Below are positions 1 through 9,431 of a DNA stretch of 64,000 nt, piece by piece. The notes beneath the pieces were generated by a model. The model ran no database searches. It saw only the letters and a program-made list of their open reading frames with translations, and was not told the origin of the DNA. Within the stretch, counting starts at the first letter, position 1. The number at the start of each line of letters is the position of its first letter. Made by a program: the position numbers and the translations under genes. The DNA is from Methanomicrobiales archaeon (lineage in GTDB: Archaea > Halobacteriota > Methanomicrobia > Methanomicrobiales > JACTUA01). The stretch covers positions 20,111 to 84,110 of the forward strand of contig JACTUA010000004.1 in the NCBI GenBank assembly GCA_015660865.1, written 5' to 3'.

Positions 1-75
1 CAGTCAGCCCGGAGCGGTGACCCCTCATGTTTCCCCCTTGCCAATACCATTCCCGATGGAGCTTGTGATCATTCC

Positions 76-948
76 CTACCGCACGATCTTCGAGATGGGG
101 ATCTCAAGGATATCTTCGGCACCTGCATCTTTGAGCCTGGGGATGAGCTGGTTCACCCCCGCTTTCGGGACAACCGTCTGGATGCTGTAATAGTCGATGC
201 CGTGGAGCTGGCTCACGGTGGGCTTCTTCATGGCAGGGAGCATGGCGATGACATCCTCCATCGAGGGCCCGGGGACGTTCATGGTGATGAGGACCTGCCC
301 CCTTGCCTCGATGACCCCCATGAGGAGGGTGCGGATCTCCTCGATCTCCTTGCGTTTCCCGGGATCGGCGAGGCTTATGCGGTTCGCGATGACCACGGTC
401 GAGGACTCCATGATCTCCCCGATGATCTTCAGGCCGTTCTGCCGGAGGGTCGTCCCCGTCTCGGTGAGATCCACCACCACGTCCATGAGGTCAGGGACCT
501 TTGCCTCGGATGCCCCGTACGAGGGGAAGAGGCGGACGGGGATTCCCAGGCCCGCAAAGTAGCGGCGGGTGATCTCCGGGTACTCGGTGGTGACCCGGCT
601 CCCGGGCCGGATCTGTTCGGCTTTCTCGATGGGTTCGTCCCGGTGGACCGCGACCACGATCCTGACATTCCCTGCGCCCCCCTTGCTATAGAAGAGCCGG
701 GCCACCTCCACCACATCAGCCCCCGTCTCCCGGACCCAGTCGAGGCCGGAGATCCCGAGGTCGAAGTAGCCCATCGCCACGTAGGTCGGGATCTCCTGGG
801 GCCTGAGGACCTTCACCTTGCCGATCCGCGGGTCATCGATGGCCGGGTTGTAGTCCCGCTCCGTCCTCTTCACCTCGAGGTCGGCCTCCCTGAAGAGCTG
901 GAGGGTCTGCTGCTCGAGGCTGCCTTTCGGGAGCGCAAGGGTAATCAT
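76..948 (-). CDS. hisG: ATP phosphoribosyltransferase (histidine biosynthesis)
   Basis: Track ORF 76..1269(-). The HisG-like sequence starts at the internal ATG at 948 (MITLALPKGSLEQQTLQLF...). The 107 codons upstream are Pro/Ser/Arg-rich read-through that overlaps the neighbouring gene. Confidence 0.9.
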   Translation of the reverse strand: MITLALPKGSLEQQTLQLFREADLEVKRTERDYNPAIDDPRIGKVKVLRPQEIPTYVAMGYFDLGISGLDWVRETGADVVEVARLFYSKGGAGNVRIVVAVHRDEPIEKAEQIRPGSRVTTEYPEITRRYFAGLGIPVRLFPSYGASEAKVPDLMDVVVDLTETGTTLRQNGLKIIGEIMESSTVVIANRISLADPGKRKEIEEIRTLLMGVIEARGQVLITMNVPGPSMEDVIAMLPAMKKPTVSQLHGIDYYSIQTVVPKAGVNQLIPRLKDAGAEDILEIPISKIVR

Positions 949-994
949 ACCCGGATCTATCGCTCCCGGACGGAATAAATGATGAGGGGGCGTT

Positions 995-2254
995 TCAGTC
1001 CAGTGTGTGGATGAGGAGGCCGCTCTTGAGCTTCGGCTCGAACCAGGTGGACTTGGGGGGCATGATCCCGCCGGCATCCGCGATGGCCATGACCTCGCCG
1101 ATCCCGACGGGCTGCAGGGCAAAGGCGGCCTCGTACTCCCCCCCGTCCACCCTCTCCTCGAGGTCGGTCGCGGGCCTCGAGCCGCCGAGGAACTGGAGGC
1201 GGGGGTCTTCCCTGGGGTCCCTGATCCCGAGCATGGGTCCCAGGACCTCGTCCTGGAGCACCTGGACATCGAGGACAGGGATGCCGCCCGCTCCCGGAGT
1301 TTCCTTCGCCCGGCTCACCTCGTACCATTCTCCTCCCAGGTACATTCGGAAGAGATGCATGCCCGTGGATGCCCCGCCAGGGGCCCGGAACTCATCCCAC
1401 CCGGTCGGGATGCACTTCCTCACCTTGAATCTTCGCGAAAGGCGATCCAGGAACGAGGCCGGGGTCAGGCCGGAGAGGTCGGTGATGAGCCGGCTGTAGC
1501 CATGGATGGCAACCTGGTCGTGGGGAAAGAGGACGGCCATGAACCGGTCAGCTTCGCCCCCGCCCCTGCCGGCCTTTCGTCTCATAAGCGCGACGTTCGC
1601 GGCCGCTGCCGCGCGGTGATGCCCGTCGGCGATATAGAGACGGGTGAGCGGGGAGATGAGGCGGGTGGCACGGACGATCCCCGACGGGTCCCCGATCCGG
1701 AAGACCCGGTGAATGGTGCCATTGGCTGCCTCAACCCGTGTCCCCGGATCATCCCCAGGGGGAACCATTCCCCCGATCCCGGGTCCGACGCCGACATTAT
1801 CCCGGTAGAAGAGAAAGACGAGCCCGGTCTGGGCGTTCACGGCGTCGATGTGCCGGGTCCTGTCCTCCTCCTTGTCCCGGCGGGTGAGCTCGTGGCTCCG
1901 GATGGTGCCGTCAAGATAATCGTCAACCCCGATGGTGCAGACAAGACCGGTGACCCATCGCCTGCCGTCCCCTACCTGGTAGAGGTAGAGGGATGGCTCG
2001 GTGTCCCTGACAAGGACCCCCTCCCCAACCATCGAGAGGAGGTTCTCCCGTGCGCGGAGATAGACGGCATCGGCATGGGGCGGGATCCCCGGAAGCTCCG
2101 CGTCTGCTCGACTCACCCTGAGAAAGGAGCGCGGGTTCTCCCTGATGCACCCGGCTGCCTCTCCGGCCGAGATCACGTCATAGGGGACCGACGCCACTTC
2201 GGGGGCGAAGACGGGGTTGGGCCGCAGTGCTGCGAATGGGTGAATCTGGACCAT
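995..2254 (-). CDS. DUF1015 family protein
   Basis: 419 aa. The N-terminus MVQIHPFAALRPNP... and overall layout are typical of the conserved DUF1015 family. G/C-ending codon bias matches the neighbouring genes. Confidence 0.75.
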   Translation of the reverse strand: MVQIHPFAALRPNPVFAPEVASVPYDVISAGEAAGCIRENPRSFLRVSRADAELPGIPPHADAVYLRARENLLSMVGEGVLVRDTEPSLYLYQVGDGRRWVTGLVCTIGVDDYLDGTIRSHELTRRDKEEDRTRHIDAVNAQTGLVFLFYRDNVGVGPGIGGMVPPGDDPGTRVEAANGTIHRVFRIGDPSGIVRATRLISPLTRLYIADGHHRAAAAANVALMRRKAGRGGGEADRFMAVLFPHDQVAIHGYSRLITDLSGLTPASFLDRLSRRFKVRKCIPTGWDEFRAPGGASTGMHLFRMYLGGEWYEVSRAKETPGAGGIPVLDVQVLQDEVLGPMLGIRDPREDPRLQFLGGSRPATDLEERVDGGEYEAAFALQPVGIGEVMAIADAGGIMPPKSTWFEPKLKSGLLIHTLD

Positions 2255-2329
2255 GGGATTCTTTCTGGATACCGGAGGCGGTGATTACATTTTAACCTCA
2301 CGAAATCTTATATCACCGGGAGCGCCCCC

Positions 2330-2794
2330 ATGAACCCGCCCGCCCGCTATATCAGGAGAGCCAGGCCGACGGATATCCCGGAGATCCTGGCCATCGAACG
2401 GGAATGCTTCGTCGAGCCCTGGGAGGAAGAGGTCTTCGTCCAGACCATGGAGTGGACCCCTTTCTTCTTCCTTGTTGCGATGGCGGACGGGAAGATCCGG
2501 GGGTTCGCGGTCGGCTGCATGGAGCACACCGGCGCGGCTGTCTACGGCCATGTCTCGAACCTGGGGGTTACCGCGACTTACCGGGGGACAGGGCTCGGGA
2601 GGCTCCTCGTTGCCCGGCTCGAGCGCCAGTTCGTCCTGGAGGGGGCCGAGGGGGCGCTCCTCGAGGTGAGGGTCTCGAACACCGATGCCCAGGATTTCTA
2701 CCGGAGGCTCGGGTACCGGGAGGCCTTCCTCCTCTCGGGCTACTACTCCAACGGCGAGGACGCCCTCGTGATGATGAGGGATCTCCCTCTTTAG
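2330..2794 (+). CDS. rimI: GNAT family N-acetyltransferase (ribosomal-protein-alanine acetyltransferase-like)
   Basis: 154 aa. It resembles RimI/GNAT proteins: IRRARPTDIPEILAIERECF...; acetyl-CoA motif-like RGTGLGRLLV. Confidence 0.8.
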   Translation: MNPPARYIRRARPTDIPEILAIERECFVEPWEEEVFVQTMEWTPFFFLVAMADGKIRGFAVGCMEHTGAAVYGHVSNLGVTATYRGTGLGRLLVARLERQFVLEGAEGALLEVRVSNTDAQDFYRRLGYREAFLLSGYYSNGEDALVMMRDLPL

Positions 2795-2807
2795 GCTCGG
2801 GAAATAC

Positions 2808-2898
2808 CTTTCCCTCTCCCTCGGGGGATTAAGATCCCCCTCCGTGTCAGGAAATTCTATTTCCCTCTCCCTCCGGGGGATTGAGATCCCCCTCCGGG
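2808..2898. repeat. Two tandem copies of a ~38-nt hairpin repeat (TTCCCTCTCCCTCGGGGGAT-TRAG-ATCCCCCTCCG), family A
   Basis: Copies lie at 2808-2844 and 2857-2898 between the convergent rimI and hmgA genes. Each contains a GGGGGAT/ATCCCCC stem. The same unit pair recurs at 17639-17726. Confidence 0.75.
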
Positions 2899-4113
2899 CT
2901 TTCCCCTCCCGAGGGCCCGGTGGGCGCGGGCGAGGTGGCCTGCACCGAGTGCACCGAGGAGAGAGAGCTCGCCGGCAAGGACCGCGGCGGCAACGATCTC
3001 GGCGAACTTCTTCGCCTGTGCACCGGGCGGGGTTCCCCCACCGGCAACCCCGAGGATGGAGAGGCACTCCCGCTGGGTGTCGAGGCCGGTCCCGCCACCC
3101 ACGGTGCCGAGCTGGAGGGCGGGGATCGTGACCGCCACGTAGACCCCCCCTTCCTGTTTCTCCACCGTGGTGAAGGTCCCGGACCCCTCTACGACGTGGG
3201 CGGGGTCCTGGCCACAGGCAATGAAGACGGCCGCGATGACATTCGCTGCATGGGCGTTGAAGCCGAGGGAGCCCGCACGGGCAGACCCGAGGAGGTTCTT
3301 CCGGTAATTCACCTCGGCGAGGGTCGCGGGATCGGTCTTGAAAATTTCGGAGACCAGGCCATCGGGGATGCGCACACCGGCGACCACGCTCTTCCCCCGT
3401 CCCAGGATGCCGTTCACGGCCGCGGGCTTCTTGTCGGTGCAGAGGTTCCCCGAGAGGGCTACGAGGTGCGCACCCGTCTTCTCTTCGATGAGGTCCGCGA
3501 TCCTCTCGCTCGCGATGGTGACCATGTTCATGCCCATCGCATCCTTGGTGTCGAACTCCAGCCGGACATGGACCGTCGTACCGGTGACAAAGGCCATTGC
3601 TCCAGTCAGCTCGCCGTGCGATGTGGTCTCGGCGGCGGCTGCCGCGAGCGTATCCCTGTTCCCGTCAATAAAGTCCTTCACCGCCCGGGAGTGGAGGATG
3701 TCCCGTGTGGAAAAGACCGGGGCCCGGGTCATCCCGTTGCGCAGGATACGGACCTCGGCCCCGCCGGAACGGGTGACGGCCCCGCACCCGCGGTTCACCG
3801 ATGCGACGAGAGCTCCCTCGGTGGTTGCAAGGGGGACGTAGTAGAATCCATCGGCGTACTCCCCCTTCACCTTCAGGGGCCCGGCCACCCCCACCGGGAC
3901 CTGGACCGCCCCTACCATGTTCTCGATGTTCCGCTTCACCGCGTTTGTCGGGTCCATGGTGAAAGAGCCGAGCTTCGGGAGCTGCACCCCGGCCTCCTCT
4001 TCGATGAACGCCCTGCGGATCCGGATGGCTTCCGGGGCAGGGACCTCCTTCTCAAGGGCGTACAGCTTCAGCGTGCCATTTTTTAGCCTCTCGAGGTACT
4101 TATCCATGATCAA
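2857..4113 (-). CDS. hmgA: Hydroxymethylglutaryl-CoA reductase (class I, archaeal mevalonate pathway)
   Basis: 418 aa with conserved HMGR blocks (ENMVGAVQVPVGVAGPL, ATTEGALVASVNRGC, DAMGMNMV, GTVGGGT). The last ~13 codons lie inside repeat copy 2857-2898. Confidence 0.92.
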   Translation of the reverse strand: MIMDKYLERLKNGTLKLYALEKEVPAPEAIRIRRAFIEEEAGVQLPKLGSFTMDPTNAVKRNIENMVGAVQVPVGVAGPLKVKGEYADGFYYVPLATTEGALVASVNRGCGAVTRSGGAEVRILRNGMTRAPVFSTRDILHSRAVKDFIDGNRDTLAAAAAETTSHGELTGAMAFVTGTTVHVRLEFDTKDAMGMNMVTIASERIADLIEEKTGAHLVALSGNLCTDKKPAAVNGILGRGKSVVAGVRIPDGLVSEIFKTDPATLAEVNYRKNLLGSARAGSLGFNAHAANVIAAVFIACGQDPAHVVEGSGTFTTVEKQEGGVYVAVTIPALQLGTVGGGTGLDTQRECLSILGVAGGGTPPGAQAKKFAEIVAAAVLAGELSLLGALGAGHLARAHRALGRGKPGGGSQSPGGRGK

Positions 4114-4154
4114 CTCTTGGGAACGGAAGGATTAAAGCTGGAGGGTAAGAGGTC

Positions 4155-5063
4155 ATGAAGGAAGGCTGGTGCCTCAGGGTCCCGAAGACGTCCGGTGAGG
4201 AGAAGCGCCGGGAGCTCCTGAAGGAAGGGCTCCTCGATACGTGCCTTGTGCCCCGGACCGATGGTGACGATCTCCTCCTCCCGCTACGGGAGCCCCGCCA
4301 GGGGTGCGAGAGGGAGCTCTTCGAGGAGTTGCCGGAGAGGGCGGACCTCCCCCGGCATGATCTCATCGGGGGGATCGCTGTGATCCTGGACCCGGGCTCA
4401 GAGGGAGCTGACCTGCTCCTCCGTTCCCGGCCCTCCATCCACACGGTTCTCTTCCCCGAGGGGCCGGTAGAGGGGGAGTTCCGTACCCGGAGGTTTGTCG
4501 TCGCGGCCGGGGAACCGACCATGAAGACCCGCTACACAGAGTACGGCCTCCGGTTCGAGATCGACCTGTCAGAGGCCTACTTCTCACCCCGGTTATCGGG
4601 CGAGCGGCAGCGGGTCCTTGCTCTCATGGACGAAAGAGAGCGGGTGCTGGACATGTTCGCCGGGGTGGGACCCTTTGCCATCACCCTTGCAGGACGGGCC
4701 GGTGTGGTCTATGCCGCCGATATCAACCCCGGGGCCGTGAGCCTCATGATAGAGAACATCTCACTCAACCGGGTGAAGAACGTCCTCCCCATCCTCGCCG
4801 ATGCCGCGCGGCTCGCCGGTGTCCTCCCGCGCGGGTTCGACCGGGTCGTGATGAACCTCCCCTTCGGAGCAGTAAAGTTTCTTGATACAGCTCTTGACCT
4901 GTGCAGGCCGGGCGGGACCATCCACCTCTATGCGATGGTCGGCGAGGAGGGCGCCCTCACCCCGATCCTCCGGGATAAGGGGTGCCGGATCATCGGGGAG
5001 AGGGTGGTCCACACCTATTCACCGTCGGAGTGGCTGGCGGTGTACGATCTTAAGGTTGGATAA
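4155..5063 (+). CDS. trm5: tRNA (guanine37-N1)-methyltransferase, Trm5/Taw2 (Met-10+) family
   Basis: 302 aa with the motifs YFSPRLSGERQRV and SAM motif VLDMFAGVGPFAI typical of archaeal Trm5 family enzymes. Confidence 0.8.
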   Translation: MKEGWCLRVPKTSGEEKRRELLKEGLLDTCLVPRTDGDDLLLPLREPRQGCERELFEELPERADLPRHDLIGGIAVILDPGSEGADLLLRSRPSIHTVLFPEGPVEGEFRTRRFVVAAGEPTMKTRYTEYGLRFEIDLSEAYFSPRLSGERQRVLALMDERERVLDMFAGVGPFAITLAGRAGVVYAADINPGAVSLMIENISLNRVKNVLPILADAARLAGVLPRGFDRVVMNLPFGAVKFLDTALDLCRPGGTIHLYAMVGEEGALTPILRDKGCRIIGERVVHTYSPSEWLAVYDLKVG

Positions 5064-5090
5064 CCTGACAGGGACTTGTTCCTGACACCC

Positions 5091-5251
5091 GGACGCTCCT
5101 GGGGGATTCGCTCCGCTCACCCCCGCCGCTGTGGCGTCCCCCGCGTGGGGATAGCCCCTAATTCAGGAAGCCGCCGGATTAGAGGATGCCAGAAACGGGG
5201 GGGGATGCCCGTGCGGCGGGGGGCGGGTGAGCCCCCTAGAGCGCCCAATAG
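5091..5251. repeat. Family B G5/C5 hairpin units, pair in convergent arrangement (MITE-like)
   Basis: The plus-orientation unit is at 5091-5142 (GGACGCTCCTGGGGG...GTGGCGTCCCCC). The inverted unit is at 5197-5251 (GGGGGGATGCCCGTGCGGCGG...GCGCCCAATAG). Related copies occur at 11341-11499, 28807-28963, 29046-29090 and 38005-38048. Confidence 0.7.
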
Positions 5252-5314
5252 AAAAGAGATGAGAGGGTTAAAAGGGAAAGTGGCAGAGAGTCTGCAAACA
5301 CCTTTCAGTATTCA

Positions 5315-5707
5315 TTATTTCACGGGTACAAACTTCGTCCCGTAGTGGATCACGCCGGAGTCCCCGTCGGCCATGATCCGCCGGAAGACCGACCTGACCC
5401 GGGTACCCACCGCCACCTCGTCGGGCTTTGCCACCACCTGTGACGTCAGTCTTGGCCCTTCGTCGAGCTGGATGATCGCAAGTACATAGGGCGTGATATT
5501 CTCGAACTGCTCGCTCGCCGACCGGATCACGGTGTAGGTGACTACCTTTCCGGTTCCCGGGAACCGGTACTCGACGATCTTCCCGCCCCTCCGGCAATCG
5601 GGGCAGAAGGATCTCGGGGGGAAGTAGTGCCTGCCGCAGGACTCACAGCGGGTCCCGACGAGGTTATAGCGCTGGGGGATCTTCCTCCAGAACCGGGCGA
5701 CGGACAT
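5315..5707 (-). CDS. DUF35 OB-fold/Zn-ribbon protein (scaffold subunit of the archaeal thiolase/HMGCS complex)
   Basis: 130 aa with Zn-ribbon CESCGRHYFPPRSFCPDC followed by an OB-fold region. Its ATG directly abuts the thiolase stop codon. Confidence 0.85.
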   Translation of the reverse strand: MSVARFWRKIPQRYNLVGTRCESCGRHYFPPRSFCPDCRRGGKIVEYRFPGTGKVVTYTVIRSASEQFENITPYVLAIIQLDEGPRLTSQVVAKPDEVAVGTRVRSVFRRIMADGDSGVIHYGTKFVPVK

Positions 5708-6871
5708 CTAGGTCACCCCCAGGATATGGACCACCACCGTGGCGCCAGTTCCACCGACGTTGTGAGTGAGCCCTATCTCGCCATCCACCTGACGGGCCCC
5801 TGCCTCGCCGCGGAGCTGCTGGACAATCTCGCAGACCTGCTTGATACCCGTCGCACCGACGGGGTGCCCGCAGGCCTTCAGGCCGCCGCTCGTGTTCACG
5901 GGGAGGTCCCCGTTGAGCGCGGTCACCCCTTCCTCGGTGAGCCTCCCTGCCTCGCCCTTCTTGCAGAACCCTAAGTCCTCGATCGCACAGATCTCGGCGA
6001 TGGTGAAGCAGTCATGGACCTCCATGAAGTCGATCTTCCCGCGCGGGAGCCTCGCCATGGCAAACGCCCGCTCGCCGGCGACCACGGTTGCGTCTAGGCA
6101 GGAGATATCCCGCCGGTCATGGAGGGCGATGGTGTCGCTCGCCTGGGCGGTGGCGAGGACCTTCACCGGCGTGTCGGTGAACTCCCTCGCCCGTTCCAGG
6201 GGGGCGAGGATGACCGCCGCGGCACCGTCGGTTATGGGGGAGCAGTCGAAGAGCCGGAGGGGGTCTGCAACGAGCGCCGATGAGAGGACCGTCTCCAGCG
6301 TGATCTCCGACCTGAACTGGGCGATGGGGTTCTTTGCGCCGTTCCGGTGGTTCTTCACGGCCACCATGGCGAGCTGCTCCCTTGTGAGGGGATAGCGGTG
6401 CATGTAGTCTGTTGCGATCATCGCGTAGAGGCCGGGGAAGGTGGCTCCCATGAACCCTTCCCATTCCCGGTCGGCCGCGCCCGCAAGGGTATCGACACTC
6501 GCGCCCGTGCCGACGTCGGTCATCTTCTCGACCCCTGCCGCGACCACGATATCCTCCATCCCGCTCGCGACCGCGATCACCGCCTGCCGGAAGGCGAGGC
6601 CGCCCGAGGCGCACGCGGCCTCGACCCTCGTCGAGGGGATGTGGCGGGTCGAGAGGCCCGCGTAGTCGGCGATGAGGGCCCCGATGTGCTCCTGCTCGAT
6701 GAACCGCCCGGCGCTCATGTTCCCCACGTACATCGCATCGATATGCTCGCCCGCGAGCTCCGCGTCCGCGAGGGCAAGTGAGCCTGCCTCGACGAAGAGG
6801 TCCCTGAAGGATGCCTCCCACTTCTCGCCGAAGGTGGTGCACCCGATCCCGATGATGGCCACGTCTCTCAT
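5708..6871 (-). CDS. Acetyl-CoA acetyltransferase (archaeal thiolase)
   Basis: 387 aa thiolase-like protein with an active-site Cys context (VEAACASGG) and a C-terminal GHPVGATG block. There is an ATGA overlap with the upstream HMGCS gene. Confidence 0.9.
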   Translation of the reverse strand: MRDVAIIGIGCTTFGEKWEASFRDLFVEAGSLALADAELAGEHIDAMYVGNMSAGRFIEQEHIGALIADYAGLSTRHIPSTRVEAACASGGLAFRQAVIAVASGMEDIVVAAGVEKMTDVGTGASVDTLAGAADREWEGFMGATFPGLYAMIATDYMHRYPLTREQLAMVAVKNHRNGAKNPIAQFRSEITLETVLSSALVADPLRLFDCSPITDGAAAVILAPLERAREFTDTPVKVLATAQASDTIALHDRRDISCLDATVVAGERAFAMARLPRGKIDFMEVHDCFTIAEICAIEDLGFCKKGEAGRLTEEGVTALNGDLPVNTSGGLKACGHPVGATGIKQVCEIVQQLRGEAGARQVDGEIGLTHNVGGTGATVVVHILGVT

Positions 6872-7923
6872 TGCTGCATCACGATCTTTCCCTTGTGCCG
6901 CGCATACTGGGCATAGTCGAGGTAGAGCGGATCCGCGAGGAGGGCGGTCACCGTGGGGGCCTGCCCGAGGTCAAAGATGGACTGGTCCTGGATCGCGTCC
7001 GTCACCTCGATATCGAAGGCATCGCTGCCCGCGCCTGAGCCGAAGGAGGTGACAAAGATCCGGTCGCCGGCCACCGCCTGGTCCAGGGTCGCTGCGAGGC
7101 CGATCATGGTAGATCCCGAGTAGGTGTTCCCCAGACGCGGGACCACGAGGCCGGGCTTCACCTGTTCGGCCGAGAACCCGAGGACCTGGGCCACCCTCCT
7201 CGGGAACTTGGCATTGGGCTGATGGAAGACCGCATAGTCATAGTCCGAGGGCGAGGTCCCCATCTTCGAGAGGAGCATCCTTGCCGCCTCCTGGACATGC
7301 CGGAAGTAGCCCGGATCGCCGGTGAACCTGCCGCCATGCCTCGGGTAGTTCTGCCCTTCCCTTCGCCAGAAGTCCGGCGTATCGGTGGTAAAGGAGCAGG
7401 TGTGGTGTATCTCTGCGATTGGCGTGTCATTCCCGATGAGGAACGCTGCACCACCGGCTCCTGCCGTGTACTCCAGGGCATCGCCGGGAGCCCCCTGGGC
7501 AACATCGGACCCGATGGCCATCCCGAATTTGATCATCCCGCTCTTGACAAGGCCCATACAGGTCTGGATAGCGGCCGTCCCTGCCTTGCACGCGAACTCG
7601 TAATCGGCTGCGGTCATGTTCGGGGTTGCCCGGATGGCCTCCCCAACGGTGCATGCCGTGGGCTTTACCGCATACGGATGGGACTCCGATCCCACATACA
7701 CCGCCCCGATCTCCTCGGGATCCACGGATCTCCGCGCCATCGCGGACCTTGCTGCCTCGACAGCGATGGTGGCCGTGTCCTCGTCGAGACCCGGAACCGA
7801 CTTCTCGAAGACCCCGAGCCCCCCCGTGATCTCGTCGGCGTTCGCCCCCCAGACCCGGGCTATCTCCTCCACCTTGATCCTGAACCTGGGGATATAGACC
7901 CCGTACGTGATGATGCCTACCAT
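6868..7923 (-). CDS. Hydroxymethylglutaryl-CoA synthase
   Basis: Track ORF 6868..8058(-). The HMGCS-like sequence starts at the ATG at 7923 ([16 protein letters not shown]...). Codons upstream overlap the preceding gene. Confidence 0.9.
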   Translation of the reverse strand: MVGIITYGVYIPRFRIKVEEIARVWGANADEITGGLGVFEKSVPGLDEDTATIAVEAARSAMARRSVDPEEIGAVYVGSESHPYAVKPTACTVGEAIRATPNMTAADYEFACKAGTAAIQTCMGLVKSGMIKFGMAIGSDVAQGAPGDALEYTAGAGGAAFLIGNDTPIAEIHHTCSFTTDTPDFWRREGQNYPRHGGRFTGDPGYFRHVQEAARMLLSKMGTSPSDYDYAVFHQPNAKFPRRVAQVLGFSAEQVKPGLVVPRLGNTYSGSTMIGLAATLDQAVAGDRIFVTSFGSGAGSDAFDIEVTDAIQDQSIFDLGQAPTVTALLADPLYLDYAQYARHKGKIVMQQ

Positions 7924-8627
7924 TTCTCGCCCCTCAGAGCAGTGATGATCCCTTCGACCTCCATGGGCGTGGCCATCAGGGTGATCCGGTCCTTCTCCGC
8001 GAGGCGCGGGACGAGGGGATGGATCTCCTCGGGGGTTATCCCCTGGAGGACCACGCACCGCGGCTTGAAGGGCGTGACCCGGATGGCGACCATCGGGGAC
8101 TTCCCGTTGGAGACCCCGGTGAAGACGAGGGCCCGCTCCGTGGACCAGCCGTAGAGCCTGCCGAACTCGCTCGAGGAGAGCTGGAGGATGGCATTCAGGC
8201 TGTGGATCACCGTGTACCCGTAGATCTCACGGTCCGTCGGACCCTGGATGATAGAGGCCCCGATAGCCCGCGCGAACGCCTCGAGAGGGACCGGTGAGGC
8301 ATACTCGTGGATATCATAGATGATGTCCGAGTCGAACCGGTTCTCCAGGATCCTCGCGAACTTCTCGATGAACTTCCCCCCGTTCGCCTGGTCGATCGAG
8401 AGGATGGTATCCACGATCCTCCCGACCACCGCCGTCCCGGGGCTCCTCCTCCTCCCGCTCTCGTAGTCGCTGATCACCGACGGAGACATCCCCATCTCGT
8501 CGGCGAGGACCGCCTGGGGGATCTCGAAGGCCAGCCTCCATTTCTTGAGGGCCTTCCCCGGCGAGTCGGAGAGGGTGATCTCCCCTGCCATCTTCTCGGC
8601 AAGGTGCTGGTGGAGCTCGGATTTCAT
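7917..8627 (-). CDS. XRE-type helix-turn-helix transcriptional regulator (archaeal, with C-terminal uncharacterised domain)
   Basis: 236 aa. The HTH_3-like segment is [33 protein letters not shown]. The stop overlaps the HMGCS start by 7 nt. Confidence 0.75.
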   Translation of the reverse strand: MKSELHQHLAEKMAGEITLSDSPGKALKKWRLAFEIPQAVLADEMGMSPSVISDYESGRRRSPGTAVVGRIVDTILSIDQANGGKFIEKFARILENRFDSDIIYDIHEYASPVPLEAFARAIGASIIQGPTDREIYGYTVIHSLNAILQLSSSEFGRLYGWSTERALVFTGVSNGKSPMVAIRVTPFKPRCVVLQGITPEEIHPLVPRLAEKDRITLMATPMEVEGIITALRGEKW

Positions 8628-8730
8628 AGGCTCAGGGTTGAGCAGGGGGGCTTAAATAATTAACGAACATGACTTCGACATTTCACGAACTTCACCCGGG
8701 AAGAAGGGGTACCGGATCCCCCTCGCAATC

Positions 8731-8739
8731 CATATATAG
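8731..8739 (+). promoter_or_regulatory. TATA-like box for ribK (leaderless start)
   Basis: CATATATAG is centred about 27 nt upstream of the ATG at 8763. Confidence 0.4.
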
Positions 8740-8762
8740 GATGCATCCCAACTTTGATAAGC

Positions 8763-9431
8763 ATGCTGGAAGCAGGCGATCTCCAGTGCCTGAAGGCCAT
8801 CGCCCTCATGGGCGGGTGCAGGGGTCCAGTCTGGATCTCCTCCCAGTCCTTCGGCGACTCTCTCTCGATGAGCCCGCAGACCGCCTCCCGTAGGCTCAAG
8901 TCCCTGGAGGGGCAGCGGCTCATCGACCGTTCCCTGCGCCCCGACGGGCAGTACGTGACCGTGACCTCTGACGGGGAGGAGGCCCTCCGGAAGGAGTACA
9001 CAGACTACAGCCACATCTTCGGCGAGGGGGGCGGCCCCTACAGCCTCACCGGGTCCGTGATAAGCGGCCTCGGAGAGGGGCGGTACTACATGAGCCTCCC
9101 CTCCTACCGCGAGCAGTTCAGTAAGGTCCTCGGGAAGGACCCATTCCCCGGCACCCTGAACCTCCGCCTCTCCTCTGCCTCCCGGGACGTGAAGAGGAAG
9201 GTGGACAGCCTCCCCTGGACCAGGATCCAGGGTTTCACCCAGGACGACCGGACCTTCGGGGAGGCCCGGACCCTCCCCTGCCGGATCCAGGATATCCCCT
9301 GCGCTATCGTTGTACCCGGCCGGTCCCACTATCCTGACGATGTCATCGAGGTGATCTCGCCCGTGGAGCTGAGGGCGACCCTCAATCTCTCGGACGGCGA
9401 CCTGGTGACCGTCGAGGTCTCCCATGCTTGA
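8763..9431 (+). CDS. ribK: CTP-dependent riboflavin kinase with N-terminal winged-helix domain
   Basis: Track ORF begins at TTG 8754; the first ATG is at 8763 (MLEAGDLQCLK...). The C-terminal half matches archaeal RibK (PFPGTLNLRL..., EVISPVELR). Confidence 0.8.
   Translation: MLEAGDLQCLKAIALMGGCRGPVWISSQSFGDSLSMSPQTASRRLKSLEGQRLIDRSLRPDGQYVTVTSDGEEALRKEYTDYSHIFGEGGGPYSLTGSVISGLGEGRYYMSLPSYREQFSKVLGKDPFPGTLNLRLSSASRDVKRKVDSLPWTRIQGFTQDDRTFGEARTLPCRIQDIPCAIVVPGRSHYPDDVIEVISPVELRATLNLSDGDLVTVEVSHA

Noticed and set aside
949-1269. N-terminal extensions of track ORFs. Examples: hisG 76-1269, HMGCS to 8058, purL to 20475, gap from 38574, tsr3 from 37877, the DUF4352 protein from 36694, the NDT-like gene to 38000, sepF from 55498 and tfrB from 60681.
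   Set aside because: The extensions overlap neighbouring genes or intergenic repeats, are low-complexity (P/R/S/G-rich), and the recognisable family sequence begins at an internal ATG with sensible spacing to the upstream gene.
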